Shown one piece after another: positions 49,332-58,003 of a DNA stretch of 64,000 bases; the stretch's first letter is position 1, and the number at the start of each line of letters is the position of its first letter. A program made the position numbers and the translations under genes. This stretch comes from a candidate division FCPU426 bacterium (lineage in GTDB: Bacteria > Oederibacteriota > Muellerivitia > Muellerivitales > Muellerivitaceae): positions 128,001 to 192,000 of the forward strand of contig CAWCKJ010000003.1 of the NCBI GenBank assembly GCA_963796105.1. The letters run 5' to 3'. Below the pieces are notes generated by a model. It had not been told where the DNA came from, did not search any database, and saw only the letters and a list, made by a program, of their open reading frames with translations.

Positions 49332-49967
49332 ATGGGCAAGGAATTCGAGTCGTTCTCGGAACTTCAACTTGACGCTTTGAGGGAAATTGGAAACGTGGGA
49401 GCGGGTAACGCCGCGACGGCCCTTTCGCAAATGGTCGGCCAGCCCATTGAAATGTCTGTGACGAGAGTCAAGGTCCTGCCCACGGAAGAAATAGCGAAAT
49501 TCCTGGGCGGCATGGAAAAAAACGTGGCCGCTGTGTACTTGCCCATATACGGTGATATCTCAGGCGTGGTACTTATCTTTTTTCCCATCGAGATCCTTCC
49601 GGGCCTAGCGGTATTTTTACTTCAAAAAGAAATCACGAGTTCCGATCTTAACGAGTTGGACCGCTCGGCCATCAAGGAATTGGGCAGTATCCTGACGGGC
49701 GCCTATTTGAGCGCCCTGTTCCGTTTTATCCAGGTCCAAATGATCCATGGCGTCCCGACCCTCGTGGTGGATATGGCCCAAGCCATCCTGGACACGGTCT
49801 TGGTGGATCTGGAGCAAAAAGAGGAGATTGCGATAGTGATTGAAACGGAGTTTTTGGAAAAGGAAAGGAAAATAACAGGCAGCTTTTTTCTTTTACCCGA
49901 AACCGGCGCCTTGGAAAGGTTTTTTGCCTCATTTTCCAAATCCTTTGGATCTTCCGGTAATGCATGA
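49332..49967 (+). CDS. cheC: CheC phosphatase
   Basis: DALREIGNVGAGNAATALSQ; second site SAIKELGS. Confidence 0.93.
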   Translation: MGKEFESFSELQLDALREIGNVGAGNAATALSQMVGQPIEMSVTRVKVLPTEEIAKFLGGMEKNVAAVYLPIYGDISGVVLIFFPIEILPGLAVFLLQKEITSSDLNELDRSAIKELGSILTGAYLSALFRFIQVQMIHGVPTLVVDMAQAILDTVLVDLEQKEEIAIVIETEFLEKERKITGSFFLLPETGALERFFASFSKSFGSSGNA

Positions 49968-50445
49968 AACCGATTGGGTTGTAGGAATCGCCGAAATCAG
50001 GACGGCTAAAAGCCCGGACCGGCTTGTGGCCTATGGCTTAGGCTCCTGTGTCGGTATCGCGTTATATGATCCCCTCCTCAAACTGGGAGGTTTGGCGCAC
50101 CCCATGCTGCCCTCGAGCCGGTTTCATCCATTGTCAAAATCCAAGGGAAAATTCGTGGACTCGGCACTTGAGGAGCTTATTCATCAAATGGTGGGGGAGG
50201 GAGGTGAAATAAGCCGATTTCAAGCCAAACTGATCGGTGGCGCGAACATGTTTAACTCTATCATAAAAACACCTCTCACCATTGGTGTCCGCAACGCGAT
50301 GGCGGCCAGGGAGGTACTGGGAAACCGCCAAATATCGATCGTCGGGGAGGAAGTAGGCGGAACCCAAGGCCGGACCGTTTATTTCTCATTGTCTGATGGG
50401 ATGGCGCAAATCCGGAAGTTTAACCAAGAGGATGTGCGTATTTAA
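49960..50445 (+). CDS. cheD: Chemoreceptor glutamine deamidase CheD
   Basis: GLGSCVGI, AHPMLP, KFVD, AKLIGGANMF, IGVRN, GG..GRT. ATG 49960. Confidence 0.95.
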   Translation: MHETDWVVGIAEIRTAKSPDRLVAYGLGSCVGIALYDPLLKLGGLAHPMLPSSRFHPLSKSKGKFVDSALEELIHQMVGEGGEISRFQAKLIGGANMFNSIIKTPLTIGVRNAMAAREVLGNRQISIVGEEVGGTQGRTVYFSLSDGMAQIRKFNQEDVRI

Positions 50446-50582
50446 TTCAAGCGACTGTTAAGGGAAAACCTTTTTTCGGCTGTAGGGTTTGCGGGGGATC
50501 AAAACCCATTTGAACTTTTGTTGATTTTTCGTTTATTCGAATAAACTTTGCCGCTCAACCAGGATTATTGGGGAAAAATCAA

Positions 50583-51089
50583 ATGACGATGGACAATTCA
50601 AGCGAAACACAAACGTTAGACTTGGCCGCTGGACAAAATCAAGTGATTGTTTTTGAGCTTTCGGGATGTTTGTTCGGATTGGATATCCTGCAGGTTCTTG
50701 AAATTATCCGTTTGGTAGAGATGACATTAGTCCCCAAGACGCCAGCGTTCTTAGAGGGGATCATTCACTTGAGGGGAAAAATCATTCCGGTCATGGATTT
50801 GAAAAAACGCTTTGGTTTGCCGCTTGCTGATTATTGCCAGGAAAGCCGGATTCTTATCGTGCAATGGCAAGATCAAACGATGGGTTTTTTAGTGGACAAG
50901 GTATTGGAGGCAGGCCGTGTTTTTTCGAAGTCGGTCATTCCGGTGAAGGAGCCCATTCTCGACATAAACCCTATTTATCTGGAGGGCCTCATAAGCTGGA
51001 AGGGAAAAACGGTTTTGATGATCAAGCTGGAAAAAGTTTTTTGGGCTGAAAAGTGGAAGGGAAATTCTGAATACGAAATGAATATTTAG
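50583..51089 (+). CDS. cheW: CheW adaptor
   Basis: VIVFEL, FGLDI..V.EI, VPKTP.FLEGIIHLRGKIIPVMDL, GFLVDKV. Start uncertain (50568/50583/50589). Confidence 0.93.
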   Translation: MTMDNSSETQTLDLAAGQNQVIVFELSGCLFGLDILQVLEIIRLVEMTLVPKTPAFLEGIIHLRGKIIPVMDLKKRFGLPLADYCQESRILIVQWQDQTMGFLVDKVLEAGRVFSKSVIPVKEPILDINPIYLEGLISWKGKTVLMIKLEKVFWAEKWKGNSEYEMNI

Positions 51090-51102
51090 GAGGAGTGGAC
51101 CT

Positions 51103-51465
51103 TTGACCTACCGCGTCTTATTTGTCGACGATTCGTCTTTCATGCGCACCATATTGAAAGGTATCATCCTGAAGGAACCTTATGTTCTGGCGGGGGAAGC
51201 CTCAAACGGAAAAGAGGCCTTGGAAATTTTTAAGCGTGAGAATCCGGATCTCATCACGATGGATATTGTTATGCCGGAGATGGATGGCATTGAAACCGTG
51301 CGTCAAATACGGGAAATTAAACCTGACGCTAAAATTATTATGGTGAGCGCCATGGGCCAGCAGAGCATGGTCATTGAGGCCATTCAGGCGGGAGCGAGAG
51401 ATTTCATCATCAAGCCCTTCCAGCCGCCGCGCGTCCAAGAAGCCTTGAAAAGAGTCATGGGTTAA
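51103..51465 (+). CDS. cheY: CheY response regulator (second copy)
   Basis: VDDSSFMR, TMDIVMP, SAMGQ, KPF; AGGAGG RBS with TTG start. Confidence 0.93.
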   Translation: MTYRVLFVDDSSFMRTILKGIILKEPYVLAGEASNGKEALEIFKRENPDLITMDIVMPEMDGIETVRQIREIKPDAKIIMVSAMGQQSMVIEAIQAGARDFIIKPFQPPRVQEALKRVMG

Positions 51466-51500
51466 GATTCTGGAACACATAATAATTTTAAAGGAATCTC

Positions 51501-52610
51501 ATGCCCAGTGAATTGATTCCGCCGGTACGAGTTCTTGTCGTGGACGACTCGTTTTTTATCAGGAAAATGTTATCTGAAATTCTCGGGGCGGCTGGAAACA
51601 ATATTATAGTGGTGGATACGGCTCAAGATGGGATCGAGGCCATCCATAAACTGAAAACACTCAAACCGGACGTGATTACGCTTGATGTGGAGATGCCCAA
51701 ATTAAACGGCATTGATACGCTGGAACGGATCATGAGTGAGAATCCGACTCCGGTAATTATGCTTTCGAGCCACACCGGAAAAGGAATGGAAATCACGCTT
51801 CGCGCCCTTGAAATCGGGGCGGTCGATTGCGTTTTAAAACCATCGGCAAAGCCGATGGTGGATTTAAGGGGCATCGAGCGTGAATTGATCGAAAAAATAA
51901 GAATGGCCGCCCTTTGCCGTCCCCGCCACGGTTTATTGTCTTTTGGGGGAATAGCGGCCGACGTTTTAAGGCCTGTGCCGGAGAAATCATCGCTCCCCAA
52001 TATGAGTAAAGCCGTTGCCGAGCGGCCCGCGAAGTTTTTAGTCGCCGTCGCCTCGTCGACGGGCGGTCCGAGGGCCTTGAATGAGCTTTTTTCGAAGATC
52101 GAACCGGAGCCCGCCACTTCCTTTCTCATTGTCCAGCATATACCGGTCGGGTTTACAAAGGCTTTGGCGAAAAGGCTTCAGGAAATCAGCGCCATGAAAA
52201 TCACCGAGGCGGCAAACGGTGAGATGATTCTAGCGGGTCACGCATATGTGGCGCCAGCCGGGAATCATTTAACGGTTGAGGGGAACCCCGGCCATTTCAG
52301 GTTTATCTTGAATGATTTACCCCCGCATTTGGGGGTAAAACCTTCCGCGGATATCCTCATGATTTCCGTGGCGCGAGCGTCGGGTAACCAGTGCGCGGGT
52401 GTGGTTTTAACCGGGATGGGCCATGATGGCACCGCGGGATTAAGGGAGATCCGTTCCGCGGGAGGCAAAACTTTCGCCCAGGACGCCGACAGTTGCGTGG
52501 TTTACGGCATGCCGAAATCCGCTTATGAATCGGGGGTCGTGGATCGCCAATTGACTTTGGACCGCATGGCGATAGAGTTGAACGCCTTAGCCGGGGGATT
52601 AAAAGATTGA
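51501..52610 (+). CDS. cheB: Chemotaxis methylesterase CheB (REC + esterase)
   Basis: TLDVEMP receiver; SSTGGP, VQHIP, LTGMGHDG, VYGMP. Confidence 0.97.
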   Translation: MPSELIPPVRVLVVDDSFFIRKMLSEILGAAGNNIIVVDTAQDGIEAIHKLKTLKPDVITLDVEMPKLNGIDTLERIMSENPTPVIMLSSHTGKGMEITLRALEIGAVDCVLKPSAKPMVDLRGIERELIEKIRMAALCRPRHGLLSFGGIAADVLRPVPEKSSLPNMSKAVAERPAKFLVAVASSTGGPRALNELFSKIEPEPATSFLIVQHIPVGFTKALAKRLQEISAMKITEAANGEMILAGHAYVAPAGNHLTVEGNPGHFRFILNDLPPHLGVKPSADILMISVARASGNQCAGVVLTGMGHDGTAGLREIRSAGGKTFAQDADSCVVYGMPKSAYESGVVDRQLTLDRMAIELNALAGGLKD

Positions 52611-52717
52611 CACCTTCAATTGACCGGCTGATTTCAGACCCCGGCCAAGCGGCGACCTGAAGGGTCGTCCCGTAACCGGAGGGTTTATTTGTATTTAAGC
52701 TTTTTGGAGGATGGGCC

Positions 52718-54799
52718 GTGAAAGAAATGGAATATAAAGAAATCTTTCTTAATGAGGCGAGGGAATATTTGTCCAATCTCAATAACTCCCTCGTGATTTT
52801 AGAGAAGGATCCGAGCCAACAAGAGGCTATCCGGGAAATATTCCGTGTCGCCCATACCTTGAAAAGCATGTCCGCGACCATGGGCTACGAGCCCATGTCT
52901 AGGCTCACGCACCAAATAGAATCCGTCATGGAACCCATCCGTTCGGGCTTGAAACCCCTTTCCCCCAAATTGGTTGACGCTCTTTTTATCTGTTTGGACC
53001 AACTTGAGGCTTGGGTCAAGGCCCTCGAGACCCAGGATGAGATTATTGAGGAGGGCTTGGAAGAAAAAATCAAAATGCTCGCGGATAACGGCGGGGAAAA
53101 CCCCGTTGACTTTTTCCCGGCAACCGAGGAAACGCGCCCCCTTAAGGAAACTGATCTTTTCAAATTAACAGAGTCCGAGGAGGAAGTTATCTCCCAAGCG
53201 CGGATGAGCGGTTTTTACGTTTACCAGATTAAAATCGAGCTGGACCCGGAATGCGTTTTTAAGGAAGCGAGGGCCTTTCTGGTGCTTCGGAATGTCAATG
53301 AACTCGGCGAAATTGTCAAATCCAGCCCCTCGTCGAAGGACTTGGAAAAAGCCAAATTTGACAGGGAGTTTTATTTGATTGTGGTTTCGGAGAAGACCCA
53401 GGAAATAATGAAAAGCGCGATCATGGGAATTTCTGAAATTCGGCAAGTGTTTGTTGGGGAATACCATCCCGGGTTGAAAACCGAGAGGGGGGATTCGCTT
53501 CACGATGCGGAGTTATCCCGCAAAGATATCAAGCGTGATGACGCCCATTTGCCTGAGGAAAAATCGTTCAATCTTCCCACTGTCAGGGTCCACACGTCAA
53601 AATTGGACAAACTCATGGCTCTCGTCCAGGAACTCATGATCTCGAAAAGCCGTTTTGAGCAAATTATCCATACACGGGATTTGAAAGAACTCAATGACCC
53701 CCTCTCCAGGTTAAGCTTTGTCACCGATGAGCTGCAGGATGAAATCATGAAAGTGAGGCTCATCCCGGTGAAACATATTTTTGAGAGGTTTCCCCGCATG
53801 GTCCGGGACCTGTCGAAAACCCTCGACAAAAAAATAAACCTGGAAATCGAGGGCGCGGAAGTGGAGCTGGACCGCTCCGTCATCGACGAAATCAGCGAAC
53901 CCATCGTTCACTTGCTTCGTAACGCCATCGACCATGGCATCGAGAATTCTGAGGTGCGAATCAAGGAAAGGAAAGAGGCTTTTGGCACTATCCGTCTTCA
54001 AGCCAAGCGGGACCGGTCTTATGTGGTCATTTCCGTGACCGATGATGGAAGAGGGATCGATCCGGAAAAGGTGCGCCTGACCTCTATCGCCAAGGGGCTG
54101 GTCTCGGCGGAAGAGGCCGGCAAAATGACCGACGAGGAGGCCCTGCGGTTGATCTGTCTCCCGGGCTTTTCCACGGTGGAAAATCCCACGGAGATCTCGG
54201 GGCGCGGAGTCGGGGTGGAAGTCGCCAAAACCAGGGTGGAGGCGATGGGAGGGAGTTTCAAGATCATCAGCCGGAAAAACCAGGGAACCACAATGATTCT
54301 CCGCTTCCCGTTGACTTTAGCTATCATCAAGGTCCTATTCGTGAAATGCCTCGAGGAAACATTCGCGATCCCGGTCGCGAGCGTAGTGGAAACGATTGAT
54401 TTGACCCAGGCGGAAATTAAGGTCGTGCAGCAGCAGGAAACATTTGTCCTGAGGGACGAAGTCATCCCTATATACCAGCTTTACGAATTGCTGGATTTGG
54501 ACGGGAAATCCGCCGCCAAAGAGCCGGCTGAATATGAGTCCCTTATAGTCGTGGAGGTGGGAGACTCAAGAATCGGCATTAAGGTTGACCTTGTTTTGGG
54601 CCAGCAAGAAGTTGCTATAAAATCGCTGGATAAGACTTTAAAGGGCATCAGGGGATATTCCGGGGCGACTATTTTAGGGAATGGGAGAATCGCCCTCGTT
54701 TTAGACGTGAACGGGTTAGTGGAAGACCTTAAGGATCGGCGGCTCAGGCTGGAATTCCCATTGCTTAAGAAAGGAGACTCCCATGCTGCCCAATCTTGA
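52718..54799 (+). CDS. cheA: Chemotaxis histidine kinase CheA (P1-P2-P3-P4-P5)
   Basis: FRVAHTLKSM, P2 domain, RMVRDL, HLLRNAIDHG, DDGRG, PGFST, SGRGVG, GATILGNG. Confidence 0.97.
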   Translation: MKEMEYKEIFLNEAREYLSNLNNSLVILEKDPSQQEAIREIFRVAHTLKSMSATMGYEPMSRLTHQIESVMEPIRSGLKPLSPKLVDALFICLDQLEAWVKALETQDEIIEEGLEEKIKMLADNGGENPVDFFPATEETRPLKETDLFKLTESEEEVISQARMSGFYVYQIKIELDPECVFKEARAFLVLRNVNELGEIVKSSPSSKDLEKAKFDREFYLIVVSEKTQEIMKSAIMGISEIRQVFVGEYHPGLKTERGDSLHDAELSRKDIKRDDAHLPEEKSFNLPTVRVHTSKLDKLMALVQELMISKSRFEQIIHTRDLKELNDPLSRLSFVTDELQDEIMKVRLIPVKHIFERFPRMVRDLSKTLDKKINLEIEGAEVELDRSVIDEISEPIVHLLRNAIDHGIENSEVRIKERKEAFGTIRLQAKRDRSYVVISVTDDGRGIDPEKVRLTSIAKGLVSAEEAGKMTDEEALRLICLPGFSTVENPTEISGRGVGVEVAKTRVEAMGGSFKIISRKNQGTTMILRFPLTLAIIKVLFVKCLEETFAIPVASVVETIDLTQAEIKVVQQQETFVLRDEVIPIYQLYELLDLDGKSAAKEPAEYESLIVVEVGDSRIGIKVDLVLGQQEVAIKSLDKTLKGIRGYSGATILGNGRIALVLDVNGLVEDLKDRRLRLEFPLLKKGDSHAAQS

Positions 54800-55397
54800 T
54801 GACTTGACTTTGGCCCAGCTGGACGCGTTGAAGGAAGTCGGCAATATAGGCGCGGGCCATGGAGCGACAGCCCTATCCCAGCTCCTGCGTAAAAAAATAT
54901 TGATTACGGTCCCCAAGGCGAATGTCCTGCCGATCGAGGATGTGCCGAAATTAATGGGGGATCCCAATACCCTGGTGGCCGGCTTGATCTTGAATATTCT
55001 CGGCGACGCGACCGGTAAGATCATTCTTTTGTTCCCCCGGGACTCGGCCCTGCATTTGGCGGATTTGCTGTTAAAACAGGAAATCGGGACAAGCATGATC
55101 CTGACCGAAATGGGGCACTCCGCCATCAAGGAGGCCGGGAATATCCTTACGGGGGCTTACTTAAGCGCGTTAAACGAGTTTTTGGGAATGCTCTTGTTGA
55201 TTTCCGTTCCCACCCTGGTGTTTGACATGGCTGGGGCTCTTTTGAGAACCATCACCCAGGGGATGGAAGATGTCACGAAAGTCATTTGCATAGAAACCCA
55301 ATTTATTGACGCGAACGAGGTGGTGGCGGGATATTTTATTTTGGCCCCGGACGCGACATCCTTGAGGGCCATATTCCAGGCCATAAAGCTGAAATAA
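54783..55397 (+). CDS. cheC: CheC phosphatase (second copy)
   Basis: DALKEVGNIGAG and SAIKEAGNILTG. Confidence 0.93.
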   Translation: MLPNLDDLTLAQLDALKEVGNIGAGHGATALSQLLRKKILITVPKANVLPIEDVPKLMGDPNTLVAGLILNILGDATGKIILLFPRDSALHLADLLLKQEIGTSMILTEMGHSAIKEAGNILTGAYLSALNEFLGMLLLISVPTLVFDMAGALLRTITQGMEDVTKVICIETQFIDANEVVAGYFILAPDATSLRAIFQAIKLK

Positions 55398-55623
55398 ACT
55401 TTTTTCACGGTATTCCTAAAAATTTATTCTTAGACTGATGGAAATAAAGGGTTTATGAATGTTTTATATATTCAATCATCTTGAGCCATTTCAATTTCAC
55501 GCTTTTTAAATTAAACTCAAATTCAATAAACGAAAACACGATTCACCGGTAATTCATTGTTATGATTTTAAAAATATTTCGCGCGCGATCAAGCATTCAG
55601 GATCAATAAACCAGAAGGCATTC

Positions 55624-56706
55624 ATGATCTCCAACCAAATCATAGCGGCAAAAATCCAAATGTCCTTGAATCAATCAAAGTTGAATAGGACCCATTTAGT
55701 ATCCTGCTGCAGGGAAATTCTTGATAATTTCAAGTTCGACAGTGTTTTTCTTTGCCACTCCCCTTCGCCTGAGGCCGAATTGAAAAAAATCGCTTTTGAG
55801 GGCAAGGAAGAGATCATGGACGCCTGTATTTACCGCCTGGGAGTGGAAGAAAGGCTGGCCTTGACGAGGCTTTCGTATAAGACCTACACGGATATTACCG
55901 GAAAGCCCCTGTTCAATAAATCGGGGTCATTGAGGATTCAAAAACCCAACAGCGGGATTTACTTGGTCCATTTTCAGCCCAATAAGGATTTTTTAATATT
56001 CGGCTGCGCTCACCAGGAGCCGAGGACTTATGACTCATCCATCCTGAACGACTTGATCAGCGTTTGGAACTCGACAAAAGAAGGTTTGTGCGACGCGGCG
56101 CGGAAGGTACAAGGCTTGCCGGCGGACAATATAAAAAACTCGAGTCCGAATCCCCCGGCCCAAACTACGCAGACGAATTTGGATTTGAAATTGCCTGCTC
56201 CGCCATCAAGCCCCTTGAAAAACAAGCACCGTAAACCAGCGCTTCTGGTGGATGAGGTCACTAAACTGTTCAACAAGGATTATTTTGAGGATTGCCTGGC
56301 CATCGAGGTGGAAAGGGCGAAAAGGTACTCCAGGAATCTCAGCCTTTTGTTTTTAAGCGTGACGCCTTTGAGTCAAACGGCCCAAAACGAGAATGAAATA
56401 GCCCTTCAAATTTCGGAGATCCTTTCCCTGAGCCTGCGCCGGGTGGACGTGATTTGCAGGCTGGAAAAAAACAAATACGCCTTGATATTGCCTGATACCT
56501 CCACCAGTACCTATGGGACCATCGCGAAGCGTATTTTCAAGCATTTCAAGGAGGTGATGGGGGCAACCCCTCCCGTGTTCATCAACGTCAGCGCGTCGTC
56601 CTACCCGAAACACGCCGATAATCACCTCTCCTTGCTGCAAAATACCGAAAAACTTTTAACTCAGGCTAGAACCGCGGGCCCGAATAAGGCGGTCCTGCCG
56701 GAATAA
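55624..56706 (+). CDS. Degenerate GGDEF-domain protein with intact RxxD I-site
   Basis: DEVTKLFN...EVERAKRY..LSLL; RRVD followed five residues later by EKNKY in place of GGDEF; DxDxFK absent. Confidence 0.85.
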   Translation: MISNQIIAAKIQMSLNQSKLNRTHLVSCCREILDNFKFDSVFLCHSPSPEAELKKIAFEGKEEIMDACIYRLGVEERLALTRLSYKTYTDITGKPLFNKSGSLRIQKPNSGIYLVHFQPNKDFLIFGCAHQEPRTYDSSILNDLISVWNSTKEGLCDAARKVQGLPADNIKNSSPNPPAQTTQTNLDLKLPAPPSSPLKNKHRKPALLVDEVTKLFNKDYFEDCLAIEVERAKRYSRNLSLLFLSVTPLSQTAQNENEIALQISEILSLSLRRVDVICRLEKNKYALILPDTSTSTYGTIAKRIFKHFKEVMGATPPVFINVSASSYPKHADNHLSLLQNTEKLLTQARTAGPNKAVLPE

Positions 56707-56740
56707 CGGGTTTTATGGAAAAATCCAAGGATTTTAGGAT

Positions 56741-57853
56741 ATGGATCATCGTCAAGTTCTTCTCGCGCTTCACCTGACTGGGGTTGTGGGTCCCAGAAGG
56801 TTGCGCTCCTTAAAAGAATCCTTCGAGAATCTCGAGGACGTATTCGGGGTCTCCGAGGAAAAACTCTTATCCCTCCAGGATTGGATCCCCTCCGCCGCGA
56901 AAAAACTCCTGAGCTTAAAAAACCCGGAAGAACGGGTGGAGCGGGAATTAAAAGAGGCGGATGAAAATCAAGTGGATGTGGTTGTGGAAGGGGAGGATGA
57001 TTTTCCCAAAACATACGAGAATCTTTATGATCCCCCTTTTGTTTTATGGAGGAAGGGCCGGTACCAGCCGGAGGACGTGAACGCGGTCGGGGTGGTGGGA
57101 TGCCGGAAACCCTCGCCCTATGGAAGACACGCGGCTCTTCATCTTTCTGAGGGCATCGCGCGGGCCGGTTACACGGTGGTTTCAGGCTTGGCGAGGGGCA
57201 TCGACTCCTTCTCGCATATCGGGGCCTTGAGATACCCAAGGGGAAGAACGATCGCCTTCTTGGGGAGCGGCCTTTTGAACCTATATCCACCTGAGAACGA
57301 CAAGCTGGCCTCGGAAATCATTGAACGCGGGGCCCTATTCAGCGAATACCCCCTGCGCTCAAAACCGCTCGCGCTTCATTTCCCACAGCGAAACCGACTC
57401 ATCAGCGGGGCCTCCCGGGGGGTTGTGGTGGTGGAGGCAAAGAAGGACAGCGGGACTTTCATCACCGTGGACCATGCCATTGACCAGGGAAGGCCTGTTT
57501 TCGCTGTGCCCGGCCCCATTGATCATCCCCAATCCGAGGGGACCCATTCCTTGATCCAGCAGGGCGCGAAACTCGTCACCTGCGTCGAGGATATTTTGCA
57601 CGAGTTCCAGGACCGCAAGGCTGAGGCGCTTTACCGGTCGCGAAAAACGAGTGAAACCCCGCAAGCCTCGTTGAATGACCTGGCCGGGGATGAGAAGTTA
57701 GTTTTGGAAAAAATCTCGCACAATCCAACGCATGTCGATTCATTGGCGAGGGAATCACAGCTCCCTTTAAGAAAACTGAATGAACTGCTTTTAATGTTGG
57801 AAATGAAGGGTTTTATTCAACAAACCCCCGGTCATTGTTATTTCAGAATTTAA
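56741..57853 (+). CDS. dprA: DNA-processing protein DprA
   Basis: VVGCR, VSGLARGID, FPQRNRLISG, VVEA..SG, AVPG, C-terminal winged helix. Confidence 0.96.
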   Translation: MDHRQVLLALHLTGVVGPRRLRSLKESFENLEDVFGVSEEKLLSLQDWIPSAAKKLLSLKNPEERVERELKEADENQVDVVVEGEDDFPKTYENLYDPPFVLWRKGRYQPEDVNAVGVVGCRKPSPYGRHAALHLSEGIARAGYTVVSGLARGIDSFSHIGALRYPRGRTIAFLGSGLLNLYPPENDKLASEIIERGALFSEYPLRSKPLALHFPQRNRLISGASRGVVVVEAKKDSGTFITVDHAIDQGRPVFAVPGPIDHPQSEGTHSLIQQGAKLVTCVEDILHEFQDRKAEALYRSRKTSETPQASLNDLAGDEKLVLEKISHNPTHVDSLARESQLPLRKLNELLLMLEMKGFIQQTPGHCYFRI

Positions 57854-57914
57854 AAAATATATTTACCCCGGATATAAATTTCATTCCAGTCTGACCCTCC
57901 TTTTTCCCGGAAAC

Positions 57915-57943
57915 TTGACAAAATCTTGACCAGTGCCTATTCT
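57915..57943 (+). promoter_or_regulatory. Sigma-70 promoter for topA
   Basis: TTGACA-17 nt-TATTCT. Confidence 0.6.
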
Positions 57944-58003
57944 TGCCCTTCAAAAGGGACCCCGGAAAATCCCCGCTAATAAATAAAAATTCAGGAACAC
58001 TTC

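Noticed and set aside
52620..52700. Structured RNA or c-di-GMP riboswitch between cheB and cheA
   Set aside because: Only a short hairpin (GGCGACC-TGAAG-GGTCGTC); the GEMM consensus (GGCAAA..GAAA..GACGCAAAGC) is absent.
56741..57853. dprA as part of the pilus/che system (competence link)
   Set aside because: dprA-topA adjacency is a widespread housekeeping arrangement; proximity alone is not evidence.
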